This document shows positions 28,133 to 38,608 of a DNA stretch of 49,037 nt, one piece after another. Position 1 is the first letter of the stretch; each line of letters starts with the position of its first letter. A program made the translations under genes and the position numbers. Where the stretch lies: IMG/VR virus record IMGVR_UViG_2778261529_000004; one strand, written 5' to 3'. This stretch comes from a virus (Duplodnaviria > Heunggongvirae > Uroviricota > Caudoviricetes). The notes beneath the pieces are model-generated. The model was given only the letters and a program-made list of their open reading frames with translations, did no database searches and was not told where the DNA came from.

Positions 28133-28742
28133 TATTAACTTTCATCCGTTTAAAAACCGTGGAGCATTTGGTGGCCTTTTTAACGTCGAATCCCGTGGGC
28201 TGATGCAGGGGGATGCGCAGGATGATCCGGCAATTCGTCTGCAACTTTGCTCCGGTCGACTGGACAGCAAAATCACTGAACCGGTATGGGGTGGCGTTGG
28301 AGTTATGGAGTGCATTGCTCCCGCGAAAGACAGCGTTAACGGCGCGGTAATTAAACAAGCCACGAATGACGCCTGTAACGCCTTTACTGTCTTTAATCAG
28401 GCATTTCATGGCATTACCACGCCGGATAATCCGGTGCCGTTATATCTCGCGGGTGGCTTTGTTCACTATTACCGCGTTGGCTCAGGTGCCCGCATTCCTC
28501 TCCCTGTCAGTGCAGAAGTTGTTGCGCTGGCTGATGGAAATAACACCGTTGCTGCCAGTGGTTTTGTGTGGGATCTGACGAAAAACATGGTTGATGTTTA
28601 TTCGGGATCACCCGGCGCTAATCCGAAAGTGGATATTAAGCTGCTGATGGTTTCAGTTGACGGAAACCTGACGGTGAAAAAAGAGGATGGCGGTAACGTT
28701 GTCTGGGAAATCGGCAAACCGTGCGGCCTGTTTTTAATTTAA
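28125..28742 (+). CDS. Hypothetical head protein, 205 aa
   Basis: RBS AGGGAG upstream of ATG; lies between scaffold and capsid genes. Confidence 0.45.
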   Translation: MADINFHPFKNRGAFGGLFNVESRGLMQGDAQDDPAIRLQLCSGRLDSKITEPVWGGVGVMECIAPAKDSVNGAVIKQATNDACNAFTVFNQAFHGITTPDNPVPLYLAGGFVHYYRVGSGARIPLPVSAEVVALADGNNTVAASGFVWDLTKNMVDVYSGSPGANPKVDIKLLMVSVDGNLTVKKEDGGNVVWEIGKPCGLFLI

Positions 28743-28756
28743 GGGGATATTAATTA

Positions 28757-29785
28757 ATGAGCGCATTTACTCCTGCGACTACTATTGTGTCGCCGTCAAT
28801 GGTGCTGCCGGAAATGATCGTGCAACAGAGCATGGCTTCCGGGGCGTTTGAAGTCCTGGCTGGTGGTGCTCCAGCGGTAAAAATCAGTTCCAGTGATTTG
28901 ATGGTCTATCAGAAATATCTGCGCATGACCTCGCAGGCGCAGGTCAGCCAGTCTCTGCCGGGTCAGTTACCGTCTTCCAGTATCTCTGGCGGCTATGACG
29001 GAATGATGACTTACCGAATTTCTTCCCGCTCGCAATACAGCTATCTCGATACTGATGCAGCAGATCGCTGGGGCTATTCTCTGATTGAAGGCCTGCGCCT
29101 GGCTAACCGTCAGGGACACGCTCAAATGTTGCGTAATATGCTGCTGTATGGCGTGAATGCAGCTAATAACGAGGGGATCACCAACTCACCGAACGCAGTG
29201 ACGCTGAATCTGGGCAACGACAGCAAAGGTAACGATTCGTACACCACCTGGGATTCCGGCGAGATGGCTAAATTTATGCTTGGCCTGATTGCTGACCAGA
29301 AAACCCGCATGTTGCTGCTGGGGCAGCCATTAACGACTGTTATTCTGAGCCCACAGCGATTCATGAAGGCGCTGGAGTGGACAGGAATTGTTGAGCTGAC
29401 CAGTTACCAGCGTCCTGGTGGTGGTACCGGAACGGTGGGAACGATGGTTAAAGACGTCGCCGATAAGGCGACAGGCGACGACATCATGTTCTGCCAGGAC
29501 GACACGCTGATCGGTAAAGGCGCTGGTGGTAATGACCTAATCATCGTTACGAACCCGACGATTGAGGTTCCGGAAGCGCGTCACACCATTAACACCAATA
29601 TTTTCTCCACGCTGGTACCTAACCAGCAGGCCGTCAACGTGATGTTCTGTGATATGGCAGCGCCGACGGAAATCCCGTCCCCTATGCCGGATGGCGGCCT
29701 GACCACGTTGTATACCATGCGCGCGACGCCGGGCTGGAACTTCCGCCCTGAGGGGATCACCCTGTTGTCTGCCAAATACGCATAA
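28757..29785 (+). CDS. Major capsid protein (putative), 342 aa
   Basis: Position after scaffold/decoration genes, size, and a strong terminator immediately downstream. Confidence 0.55.
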   Translation: MSAFTPATTIVSPSMVLPEMIVQQSMASGAFEVLAGGAPAVKISSSDLMVYQKYLRMTSQAQVSQSLPGQLPSSSISGGYDGMMTYRISSRSQYSYLDTDAADRWGYSLIEGLRLANRQGHAQMLRNMLLYGVNAANNEGITNSPNAVTLNLGNDSKGNDSYTTWDSGEMAKFMLGLIADQKTRMLLLGQPLTTVILSPQRFMKALEWTGIVELTSYQRPGGGTGTVGTMVKDVADKATGDDIMFCQDDTLIGKGAGGNDLIIVTNPTIEVPEARHTINTNIFSTLVPNQQAVNVMFCDMAAPTEIPSPMPDGGLTTLYTMRATPGWNFRPEGITLLSAKYA

Positions 29786-29804
29786 ACGTTCACTCTGATA
29801 ACGC

Positions 29805-29828
29805 GGGGAGCTAAATGCTCCCTTTTTT
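29805..29828 (+). terminator. Intrinsic terminator after the capsid gene
   Basis: GGGGAGC-TAAAT-GCTCCC hairpin followed by TTTTTT. Confidence 0.6.
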
Positions 29829-29841
29829 GTGGGAAAAATTT

Positions 29842-30312
29842 ATGAAGCTCTACATCGCTAACTGCTCACGTCAGCCGCACACGTTCAACTACAAACTCCC
29901 CGAAAAAACGCAGTCGTTCGGTGTGACAATTCCGTCCGGACGTCAGCATATGATCGAAAATCAGTCCGATATTATCGACCACATCATCCGACAGCATGAG
30001 CCTTACGGATTCCAGCGTTGTGACAAGGTGGACAAGAATTTTTCCGGTATCTGCTATTCCATCGATAAACCTGTGAGCGTCGGTCGCATTGAGGATTGCG
30101 CGGAGCAGAAAACGGAAAATCTGGAATCCCTGTCAGAAGAAATTCTCGCAGCCAGCGCCGTATCGCTGAATAACGCAGTGGATCAGGCAGTGATTCAGAG
30201 TGGCGAAAAACCTCAACCGGGTGGTATTGAAATGGAAATCACCGGGGAAGCGATTAACACTGAACAGGAAAATCCGCCCAGCACAAAGCGAAATATTAAG
30301 GTTAAAAAATAA
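29842..30312 (+). CDS. Hypothetical head-completion/connector protein
   Basis: ORF after the capsid terminator; start chosen at the ATG after the hairpin (track start lies inside it). Confidence 0.4.
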   Translation: MKLYIANCSRQPHTFNYKLPEKTQSFGVTIPSGRQHMIENQSDIIDHIIRQHEPYGFQRCDKVDKNFSGICYSIDKPVSVGRIEDCAEQKTENLESLSEEILAASAVSLNNAVDQAVIQSGEKPQPGGIEMEITGEAINTEQENPPSTKRNIKVKK

Positions 30313-30752
30313 TGACCTTGCGTCCGTCACTGGAGGGATTTATTCGCTTTGTTCGTGACGACATGAAAGTACCGGTTCATGCTATTGCTGACGATGATCC
30401 GACGCTGGAATGTTGCTTTCAGTCTGCGATGGAGCTAATCCCTCATGATCAGGGGCTGGAGCGTTTACCCATCATCTATGTGCGAACGGTTTATAACGCT
30501 GCCGCCTCATTTCTCCTGAATTTCGCTCCCGGCTCGTGGTTTGCCGACCTGAGAAAAAAACTCAACCTTGGGAAACTGGCTACCGGGCTTGTCAGCGCGG
30601 CAGCAGACCAGGGGACATCTGGTTCGATCACCATCAGCGACGCGCTGAGTAATCTGTCTTTGCTGGATTTGCAGATGTTACAGGATCCGTATGGACGACA
30701 GGTTGTTGCGGTGCTGATGCAGATGGGCACGGTATGGGGTTACACGCCATGA
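30312..30752 (+). CDS. Hypothetical head-tail joining protein, 146 aa
   Basis: Co-oriented, tightly packed ORF in the structural operon. Confidence 0.4.
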   Translation: MTLRPSLEGFIRFVRDDMKVPVHAIADDDPTLECCFQSAMELIPHDQGLERLPIIYVRTVYNAAASFLLNFAPGSWFADLRKKLNLGKLATGLVSAAADQGTSGSITISDALSNLSLLDLQMLQDPYGRQVVAVLMQMGTVWGYTP

Positions 30753-31189
30753 AACTTTGTTTTGGGGTTATCGACCAGCCGTATGACTACGGCGACGAAC
30801 TGGGAAAAACCACGTTTGACGTGGCCTGTGACCTCGAGGAGCGATACGAAATTTTTACGCACTTCTGGGAATTGCATAAGGACGAGATTATCCAGGAGGC
30901 AGGTACTGAACTGGCGTACCAGTTGGTCAATCACTTCAAGTATAAGGCTCCGCTACCTGGCGAGCATTTTCTGGAAGGGACCGGGAAGATTTTCCATATA
31001 TTTCTTGAAACCGAAGAAATGGCCGGAATGACGATCAACGGAAATCAGGTCCCAACCCAGGCTGCGTTACAGGGTGTTAACTCAAGGCTTAAGGACAAAT
31101 ATACCGGGGAGCGGCGCCCGTCATTCATAGATGGCGGCCTGTTTAAGGGCAGCTTTATAGCGTGGATAGATAACAATGCCGAGTCTTGA
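30749..31189 (+). CDS. Hypothetical structural protein (about 146 aa)
   Basis: ATG overlaps the upstream stop (ATGA). Confidence 0.4.
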   Translation: MKLCFGVIDQPYDYGDELGKTTFDVACDLEERYEIFTHFWELHKDEIIQEAGTELAYQLVNHFKYKAPLPGEHFLEGTGKIFHIFLETEEMAGMTINGNQVPTQAALQGVNSRLKDKYTGERRPSFIDGGLFKGSFIAWIDNNAES

Positions 31190-32120
31190 AGAATTAGCCG
31201 AACAGCACAGTTCGCAGCTCTCGTCCGTTCTTAAATCAGCAGTTGAAACCATCTCGTCAGACCAGGAAATCACGTTCAGGCTCTATGTCCGGCAGGTTCT
31301 GCCGCTGGATGGCTTTGTCTATTGGGTTAATGCGGAAATCATCAGTTGCGATGAACTGTGTCGTCTGAATATTGAGTCACCAACTCGTCTGAAAATCAAA
31401 GGCAGCCTGCATCGTCAGGTTATTGCGATTCAGGACGAGTCTGTCTCGAAGGATGTGAACAACATTATTTTCACGCCTGTTCAGCAGGTTGATGATTTTA
31501 ATGTGGAAAATCCCGATGCGATCTATCTCGGTGAGTACGGCGGCGTCCAGTTCGCTTTTTCTCGAATGGAGAGCCGCTATCAGCAGTCGGGTATTTTTCA
31601 TTATCGCGGCATGGCGATTTTGCCAACCATGCGTTCCCAGATTATCGACTGCGAGGAGGATATCAGCGACGAGCAGATCATATCCAACAGCATCCCGATC
31701 TGGCTGCAAATGAAAGATGCCGCGACCGTGTATCCGTCTTACTTGGTACCGCAGAACCTTCGCCCTCCGTATATCGCGGTGGATGTTCGCAACAGTATTC
31801 CGTTGCAGGTGGCTCCCGTTGTTTTCGGTGGTGAGCGATTCCAGCTCGTCCAGGATTCGGTTCGCCTGACGCTTTACGGATTCAGCAATAAAATGGCGCT
31901 GGATCTTGTCGACTCGGTGGTGAACAGGGCGCTGGAGGAGGAAAAGTTTGGTGTAACCAATATTCCGGTGGTTCAGGACGCAAAGTCGGGACAGGTTGAA
32001 ATCAACGCTCTGGCGAAGAAAAAGATTGTCGATTTTGACGTGAATTACTACCAGAGCACCGCCCGGGAAATATCCCGGCAGTTGATTGAAAAAGTCATTT
32101 GTAAATATGAGGTTAAATAA
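31176..32120 (+). CDS. Hypothetical structural protein, 314 aa
   Basis: Overlapping ORF in the structural operon immediately upstream of the sheath-like gene. Confidence 0.4.
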   Translation: MPSLEELAEQHSSQLSSVLKSAVETISSDQEITFRLYVRQVLPLDGFVYWVNAEIISCDELCRLNIESPTRLKIKGSLHRQVIAIQDESVSKDVNNIIFTPVQQVDDFNVENPDAIYLGEYGGVQFAFSRMESRYQQSGIFHYRGMAILPTMRSQIIDCEEDISDEQIISNSIPIWLQMKDAATVYPSYLVPQNLRPPYIAVDVRNSIPLQVAPVVFGGERFQLVQDSVRLTLYGFSNKMALDLVDSVVNRALEEEKFGVTNIPVVQDAKSGQVEINALAKKKIVDFDVNYYQSTAREISRQLIEKVICKYEVK

Positions 32121-33457
32121 TGGGGTTTAATATCGTCACGGTGAATGTGTCCCAGACCATCGGGGCCATTCCCTCGAATTCGCAGCAGATGTCCGCTGTT
32201 CTCTCGTTTGGCTCCACGACTCATGAGCCGGGAAAGCCTGTATTACTCACCCGTAATCAGGATATTAACGATCTGGTAAGAAATCCGATTGCTGCGTTGT
32301 CGGCGGCTGCTGCAGGAAAATCTGCGGCAAACGTCACCGTTACGATGACGCTTCCGGAAGGGAGCAACATCCGACGCGAAAACAGTTCTGAGGTGAAAAT
32401 TGTTGTTTCCGGGTGTTCGCCCGACGCGTGGAATGGCGAATATACTGCTACCGTCACGGATGAAAAAACACTGACTTGGACGATTGCTGATTCTCAGCTT
32501 TCCGGTTCGCCAGTGACACTGGGGCAGTTTTCCATTGTTGGCAGTGAAAATCTGGTGACGGCAGTAAACACGTTTTTTGCCCAGGGAAATTCAGTTGGGA
32601 TTTACCTGCTGGAGCTGGGAGTACAGAAAGGTGGAGTCAGTAAGGAAATCGCTGCACTGAAAGCTTATATGGAAGATCCGCTCCTGCGTTTTTATGCGTA
32701 TCTGGTGCCGCAGCCGTGGGATGGTGACGCAGAGTTTATCAGTCTGGCAAAACTCCACACCGCCAACGAAGCGATGCAGTATTTCTTCGTGCTGACGAAA
32801 ACGCCGGACGACACGAATTACGTTTCGCCTTATGCCGGTATTAAGTCGGTTATTGCAACGGCGGATGATACGTACCCGGCGACAAACGCGGCAGCAGCCG
32901 TAATGTGGAACTATGTTTCCGCATCACCTTCAGAAATCAACAAGGTGCCGCCGATGGCATTTCGCTATCTACAGGCGGTAAACGCCCACACGGGCAAAAA
33001 TTCAATTCTGGTCACGATGACGAAGCAGAATATTAACTACGTCGACACGGGGGCTGAGGGGGGAATTTCCAACACGATTCTGGTGAAAGGCGTTACCAGT
33101 GACGGTAACGATATGACGTACTGGTATTCCGTGGACTGGGTGCAGATTAATGTCGATATGCAGCTCGCCAACACGGTGATCAACGGCAGCAATAACTCAA
33201 TTAACCCGCTTTACTACAACCAGGACGGGATCGACCGTCTACAGCAGGTCGCACAGGCGGTGTTCAATACGGGCGTATCTTACGGCCTGGTCAACGGTCA
33301 GCCTGTCGTCGATGCAGTGCCTTTCCGCCAGTATATCAACACTAATCCCAATGATTACGGTATCGGGCGTTATGCAGGCCTTTCGGCCTCCTATACGCCG
33401 ATGCGCGGATTTGTCGAAATCATTTTTAACATCAATGTGACAATGCAGCTTTCGTGA
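32120..33457 (+). CDS. Tail sheath protein (putative), 445 aa
   Basis: Large ORF followed by a tube-sized ORF, a frameshifting chaperone pair and a tape-measure gene; order matches contractile-tail modules. Confidence 0.5.
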   Translation: MGFNIVTVNVSQTIGAIPSNSQQMSAVLSFGSTTHEPGKPVLLTRNQDINDLVRNPIAALSAAAAGKSAANVTVTMTLPEGSNIRRENSSEVKIVVSGCSPDAWNGEYTATVTDEKTLTWTIADSQLSGSPVTLGQFSIVGSENLVTAVNTFFAQGNSVGIYLLELGVQKGGVSKEIAALKAYMEDPLLRFYAYLVPQPWDGDAEFISLAKLHTANEAMQYFFVLTKTPDDTNYVSPYAGIKSVIATADDTYPATNAAAAVMWNYVSASPSEINKVPPMAFRYLQAVNAHTGKNSILVTMTKQNINYVDTGAEGGISNTILVKGVTSDGNDMTYWYSVDWVQINVDMQLANTVINGSNNSINPLYYNQDGIDRLQQVAQAVFNTGVSYGLVNGQPVVDAVPFRQYINTNPNDYGIGRYAGLSASYTPMRGFVEIIFNINVTMQLS

Positions 33458-33468
33458 GGGACTGAACC

Positions 33469-33912
33469 GTGCCTAATCCAATGATCCCCGTTGGCACCCT
33501 TAACCGGGTTCGCGCCAGCGTTAAATTCACCTCCCATTCTGAACTGAATGTGTCCGCCTCATTTCTGGCAAAAGAAGGCGTCGAATTGTCCTTTCAGGGC
33601 AATATCACGGAGTTTTTACCCGCTATGACGGGAGCCGTGCAGTCGCCGCAGCCATACATGATTTTACAGGCGCGTGTTCATCTGCTGCGTAGCCAGGCGC
33701 TGGGAAAACAATTCAAGGCGCAATGGGAAAAGAATGCCACGATCGGCGACGCAAAAGTGTATAGCGACAGCACGGTGTTCGGTGACTTCGATATCTATAA
33801 CACGGCGATCACCAACGTGCAGGATATGACCTTCGCCGGGGGCGAGCCGGGTGTGGCCATCACCATTACTGGTACGTATTACATCAACTCTGAAATGTGG
33901 GATCTGGTATGA
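33469..33912 (+). CDS. Tail tube protein (putative), 147 aa
   Basis: Size and position between sheath and chaperone genes. Confidence 0.5.
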   Translation: MPNPMIPVGTLNRVRASVKFTSHSELNVSASFLAKEGVELSFQGNITEFLPAMTGAVQSPQPYMILQARVHLLRSQALGKQFKAQWEKNATIGDAKVYSDSTVFGDFDIYNTAITNVQDMTFAGGEPGVAITITGTYYINSEMWDLV

Positions 33913-34526
33913 AAATCGCGCGAAATTTAAACCTGATTATTCCTGTCCGGACAGAAAAGGGTAATGGCTGGATCCATGCCACGCCGATCAGCAAAGAGGT
34001 GTTTAAAGAGCATTTCTTCATTCTGAGTAAAACTTTTTCTGCCATTTTTTCAGAAGGTCTTGGCGTCGTTGCGGGTCCGCGTATCGCTTTTTTGATGCTG
34101 GAGCGGATCTCGCGTGATTCTAATATCTGGGAAGGTGATAAAGGGGTCCGTAATACACTTGTTAATGAGGTCATTCGCCTGGCAAACCTTGTTTACCCAG
34201 TGGAGGGTAAAGGCTACGACACAATCCCTCTCGATATGGCGCTGGAGCGTGAAATCATTGATTTGGATGAAGTGGCGGGTGAGCTCATTTTTTTTACATG
34301 CGTCTCGTCGATAAATTCACCGGAGCAGGCGAAGGGGACTATGGATGTGGTCAATGGAGTATGGAGCACTCAATGCTCGTTATTGAATCTTACGGAATGG
34401 ATCGCTTCATTGCCGACATTGAAATCAGCCGCCAGTTCTGGCGCGACGGCGAACACGTCATCAGCGACATCCTCGACTACTCAGCCGGAGCCGGATTCAG
34501 AGACATCTGTGCAGATTCCGGCCTAA
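33909..34526 (+). CDS. Tail assembly chaperone (G-like, zero-frame product)
   Basis: Position between tube and tape measure; contains a T_TTT_TTT slippery heptamer at 34289-34295 where the -1 frame opens into ORF 34298..34591. Confidence 0.5.
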   Translation: MKIARNLNLIIPVRTEKGNGWIHATPISKEVFKEHFFILSKTFSAIFSEGLGVVAGPRIAFLMLERISRDSNIWEGDKGVRNTLVNEVIRLANLVYPVEGKGYDTIPLDMALEREIIDLDEVAGELIFFTCVSSINSPEQAKGTMDVVNGVWSTQCSLLNLTEWIASLPTLKSAASSGATANTSSATSSTTQPEPDSETSVQIPA

Positions 34527-34591
34527 ATGTAAAAACAGCAGCTCAGTTTCGTGAGCTGCTCAAATTCAAAAATCCCGCAGGAGTATTGTGA
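34289..34591 (+). other. Candidate programmed -1 frameshift site and extension frame (GT-like product)
   Basis: Slippery T_TTT_TTT in the zero frame; the -1 frame continues TAC ATG CGT... to a stop at 34589-34591, 1 nt before the tape-measure ATG. Confidence 0.45.
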
Positions 34592-36666
34592 TGGCTGGTA
34601 ACCAGATGCCAGTTCTGACGCTGGATGTTAATGAAGAACACCTCAGGCGGCTTGAGGCGATATTTGAAAAGTATCGCAACGGACTGATGATTGGCCCTGC
34701 CGGTACGCCGCTTAAAATACCTTCAAATACAGGTCCGGGAGGTGGCTCTTGGCAGACAACCACAGGCGGAGAAGCCAATCAGGCTCCCAGGAAACCATCT
34801 TCACCCGCGCCAGTTCTGGCTGCTTCCACTGATGGACGTTTAAGGGATGAAAAATGGCGCTTTGTTGGCAGCGGGAAAACACCTGATTCGCTGGTGAGCA
34901 ACTATAAAGGTCGCGGCGAAACGATGTTTGATAAGTACCTCAGCGGGCTGGGGAAAAAAGCCAAACAGACGCTGAAAACTTACAAGCAGATCAATTCTAC
35001 GCTACGGACGACCACTTCGAGATTAAACAACCTGTTTAAAACCACCGTATCGTGGGGGACAAAACTCGCGGTTATGGGCGTTGCCGGGCCGTTTGGCTTT
35101 GGCATGATGGCTCGTAATGTTGTAGAGAAACAGAAAAATGCTGATGAATTGCAGGCAACGCCAGGAGAGCTAAAGGCGGCAGAAAGCACTTATTCGCCTT
35201 ATTTTTCCGGTGTTGGTAATTTGCTCAATACACTGGCAGCCGCGCAAAATGACACTCAGCATCCTGCCTACAACGGGCTAATTGGATTAGGGATAAATCC
35301 TAAAAAAGGGGCAGCAGAAAATCTTCCTGTATTGTTAGAAAGAGTTGCTGCTCTTGCAAAGGAGTATGAGGGAACCGGACTTACTCAGAGCATGCTCAGA
35401 GGTCGTGGCCTTGGATGGGTAAATTTTGGTATTGCTAACCAGTTAGTCAAATATCAGGACAAAATACCTGAACTCAACAAAGAGTTTTTATCGCGAGCTT
35501 CTCAGAATGACTCGTTGCTCACCTCTGGACATACAAGCCAGTATCAGAATCTTACCAGCAACTTAGAAAATAACTGGGATCAACTTACCAGCGGATTTCA
35601 GGGGGCAATGTCGGGTAACTCTGTACAGCTAATTAGAATATCTAATGGTGTAAAGAATGCTGGTCTAAATTTCCTTAACGGTGAGAACTTTAAAAGAATT
35701 TTGACTGATGTTGAAACAGGTCTGGATAAACTTGGTAAGTATGTAAATGGCCCGCATTTTAATAACGACCTGAATAATTTTGCCGAAAATGTTGCAAAGG
35801 TTGTTAAGGCACTTAGCGGGTTTGTTGGTTTTGCGGTTGAACATCCCTGGCTTTTTGGGGCCGCAGTACTTGCTGGACCATCGAGAGTTGGTGCTGTGGC
35901 AGCCACAACGACCGGAGTTGCCGCCCGTGTTGTTGGTGGAAGTCTTCTTGGGGCTACAGCCGGAACAGTAGCTGGATTGGCTATTCCTACAAATGACACA
36001 CCTACCACCAGTGAGGAAATGAAAGGGCTGGAGGGGCGTTTCAACTTTGATTATTTTAACGAAGTGCAGGAGTGGCAAAAAAACAATCCGGGTAAGGTCT
36101 GGCCTGGAGGATTGCAGGGATTTTCAAATCAAGTAAACAGATCTGCATATTTATCCAGAGGGATCAGGAATAACAATCCCGGAAATCTTAATTTCGCAGG
36201 ACAAAAAGGGGCTACCCTGGAATCGGGGCCAAATGCCCGTTTTGCCAGCTTCCCGACGATGCTGGAAGGCATTGCTGCCTTAGATCGGCAAGTAATGCTA
36301 TACCTGAAACGCGGCAAAAATACGATTGATCAGATTATTGATATTTATGCCCCTTCATCTGATGGAAATAACACATCGTCCTATAAAAGCTATCTCTCTC
36401 AGTACACTGGATTAGGTGTTAAGGAGAAAATCGATGGTTCTAATTTTGAGATAATGAGAAAGCTAATTCAGGGCATTATTAACCATGAAAATGGGGACGC
36501 CGCTCGTGCAGTAAGTGGCGATGATGTGATGCGGGCGCTGGCAATGAACCGGGGGAAGGTATATTCACCAAATAATACTTCTCAGGTAATCAGGCTCGAC
36601 GTTCAACAAAAACCAGGTTCCGACATACTGGCACAACTCGCCGGAATGCAACAAATACCGGGGTAA
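34591..36666 (+). CDS. Tail tape measure protein (putative), about 691 aa
   Basis: Largest tail ORF immediately after the chaperone pair; Gly/Ala-rich hydrophobic stretch (GAAVLAGPSRVGAVAATTTGVAARVVGG); C-terminal globular region with NNPGNL motif. Confidence 0.55.
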   Translation: MAGNQMPVLTLDVNEEHLRRLEAIFEKYRNGLMIGPAGTPLKIPSNTGPGGGSWQTTTGGEANQAPRKPSSPAPVLAASTDGRLRDEKWRFVGSGKTPDSLVSNYKGRGETMFDKYLSGLGKKAKQTLKTYKQINSTLRTTTSRLNNLFKTTVSWGTKLAVMGVAGPFGFGMMARNVVEKQKNADELQATPGELKAAESTYSPYFSGVGNLLNTLAAAQNDTQHPAYNGLIGLGINPKKGAAENLPVLLERVAALAKEYEGTGLTQSMLRGRGLGWVNFGIANQLVKYQDKIPELNKEFLSRASQNDSLLTSGHTSQYQNLTSNLENNWDQLTSGFQGAMSGNSVQLIRISNGVKNAGLNFLNGENFKRILTDVETGLDKLGKYVNGPHFNNDLNNFAENVAKVVKALSGFVGFAVEHPWLFGAAVLAGPSRVGAVAATTTGVAARVVGGSLLGATAGTVAGLAIPTNDTPTTSEEMKGLEGRFNFDYFNEVQEWQKNNPGKVWPGGLQGFSNQVNRSAYLSRGIRNNNPGNLNFAGQKGATLESGPNARFASFPTMLEGIAALDRQVMLYLKRGKNTIDQIIDIYAPSSDGNNTSSYKSYLSQYTGLGVKEKIDGSNFEIMRKLIQGIINHENGDAARAVSGDDVMRALAMNRGKVYSPNNTSQVIRLDVQQKPGSDILAQLAGMQQIPG

Positions 36667-36669
36667 ACC

Positions 36670-37338
36670 ATGTCACTTAATTACTTTGGACAAGCTTTCA
36701 AACTGGCGTTTGAAGTATCGCCCATTCTTTTAGTTGATGGCATAGCGTCGAAAATTCCCGGCGGGGTGATGCCGATTGCTGTTTTGACCGAAGGCCTAAG
36801 CATTGTGAACGGTCTGCTGCATGGCGAGATTCGTACACGCTCGATGGCGGCATTTACCCCGATGGCGGGGACAACGTTGGTTCAGCAGGATATTTGCAAC
36901 CTGAATTTCTATAACCAGGTAACGGCAGCGAATGCGACCGTCAAGAAGCCTAACCGGGTAGTCATGCAGATGATCCGTCCGGCATCAACGGAGGACGGTG
37001 GCTACATCACTAAGGGGATGACATTCACGGCGCTGAAAATGGCGCTCGATATGCATAACCAGTATGGCGGTTGTTACACCGTAATGACGCCATCTTTCAT
37101 CTACACGCGCTGTCTGATGCGGTCGTTTATCGATACATCCGGTTTCTCTGAGCAGAACAAGCAGGTTCAGCACACCTGGCAGATTGAGTTTGAGCAACCA
37201 TTGTCGTCTGTCGAACAAACGGTAAAAACGCTGGCGAGCGTTCTGGATAAATTTGATAAAGGGATGCCGTCAGACGGGGCGCTATCGTGGTCAGGTATTA
37301 AGAACCAGGTCGTGCAGGAGTTTGGTTTTGGCTTATGA
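36670..37338 (+). CDS. Tail/baseplate protein (putative), 222 aa
   Basis: Positional, after the tape measure. Confidence 0.4.
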   Translation: MSLNYFGQAFKLAFEVSPILLVDGIASKIPGGVMPIAVLTEGLSIVNGLLHGEIRTRSMAAFTPMAGTTLVQQDICNLNFYNQVTAANATVKKPNRVVMQMIRPASTEDGGYITKGMTFTALKMALDMHNQYGGCYTVMTPSFIYTRCLMRSFIDTSGFSEQNKQVQHTWQIEFEQPLSSVEQTVKTLASVLDKFDKGMPSDGALSWSGIKNQVVQEFGFGL

Positions 37339-37601
37339 CAACGTTAATTCCTTTCAAACCTGACGGGCGAGGACCATTTCAGTTCACTGCCAGAATCGGA
37401 GAATATGAAACATTCGCCCGCGTTCCGTTTAATCTGTATGCAAATCGTTACTACCTGGAACTGAAAGACAGTTCAGGCGACGTGATTGTATACATGCCTT
37501 TGATCGCGTCACCTGACAGTTACGACATCAATCTGGCGCTGCCTTGCTCTCCGGGGAAACTTGTTTTTCGCGAAAGTACGAATCAGTTTGAGGTTTCGTA
37601 A
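37335..37601 (+). CDS. Small tail/baseplate protein, 88 aa
   Basis: Overlapping start/stop with neighbours in the baseplate block. Confidence 0.4.
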   Translation: MTTLIPFKPDGRGPFQFTARIGEYETFARVPFNLYANRYYLELKDSSGDVIVYMPLIASPDSYDINLALPCSPGKLVFRESTNQFEVS

Positions 37602-38608
37602 TGCGTTATTACCGACTGGAAATTATTAATCCTAAAACAGGCAAGCCGCCAGTGGATAGCAATGGAAAACCCATTGGACCTTTTGATACCAATGAAACAC
37701 CAGGATGTGGGTTGCATGTTGAATTTGACTTTGAAGTAACCGGCCTGGATGTAGTCTGTTCGGGTACGATGCTGACGATCTATGGATTACCAATTGACAT
37801 GCTGAAGCAAAGCGTAAGTTTGCAGGGTTGTCTGGTACGTATGAAAGCAGGCTTTGTTCAGGGGTTACCACTGGCAAATAAGGATCAACAGGGGGAGGTA
37901 ATCTATGGTGAAATTTATCTGGCCTATGCCAACTGGATCGGCACGAACCAGACTTTAAACCTGGTAATAAATCCAAGCATACGCAAAACCGATGACGGTA
38001 ACCCTTTTTCAATTGAGGGGCAGGGGGAAGCAGGGGAAAGGGTGGGTGATGTTTTAGTCCGCGCTTTGCAAAAAGCATATCCCAATAAACTTATTGATTG
38101 CACAGTCAGCGACAACCTGGTTTTGCCAGAGCCGTGGACGGGCAAATATACGGAGATTGGTTCGCTGGCTATGGTCGTAAAAAACGCCTCTATTGCGATG
38201 ATGCGTAATGAAAGGTATAGCGGAATCGCCATCAGTATTCTTTCCGACAGAATACGAATCTACGATAACGCATCGGCAAAGTGGGGTGAGCCAAAAACAA
38301 TTCATGCCCATGAACTGGTCGGGCAGCCGACATGGATAGCGCCGTTTACCGTCAGTTTCAAATGCCCTATGAGAGGCGATATCAGATGTGGTGATGTGGT
38401 TAAACTGCCGGAGGGGCTATATTCTGGCGCTGCGTCGATTGTGATGGCTAATACAACGGTACCCAGCGTTATCGCAAAAAATTCGACCACGTTCACCGGG
38501 AAATTTCTTGTGAAATCAGTCAGACACATTGGTTCGTATCTGACAGCCGATGGCGATGCCTGGGTGACGGTATTTGAGGCATATGCTGAGAACTGGGCGA
38601 GGGTGTAA
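37601..38608 (+). CDS. Baseplate hub-like protein (putative), 335 aa
   Basis: Position preceding the spike-like gene. Confidence 0.4.
   Translation: MRYYRLEIINPKTGKPPVDSNGKPIGPFDTNETPGCGLHVEFDFEVTGLDVVCSGTMLTIYGLPIDMLKQSVSLQGCLVRMKAGFVQGLPLANKDQQGEVIYGEIYLAYANWIGTNQTLNLVINPSIRKTDDGNPFSIEGQGEAGERVGDVLVRALQKAYPNKLIDCTVSDNLVLPEPWTGKYTEIGSLAMVVKNASIAMMRNERYSGIAISILSDRIRIYDNASAKWGEPKTIHAHELVGQPTWIAPFTVSFKCPMRGDIRCGDVVKLPEGLYSGAASIVMANTTVPSVIAKNSTTFTGKFLVKSVRHIGSYLTADGDAWVTVFEAYAENWARV

Noticed and set aside
36100-36600. C-terminal NNPGNL-containing domain of the tape measure protein as a peptidoglycan hydrolase
   Set aside because: I could not match the motif to a specific hydrolase family from memory; left as an unannotated globular domain.
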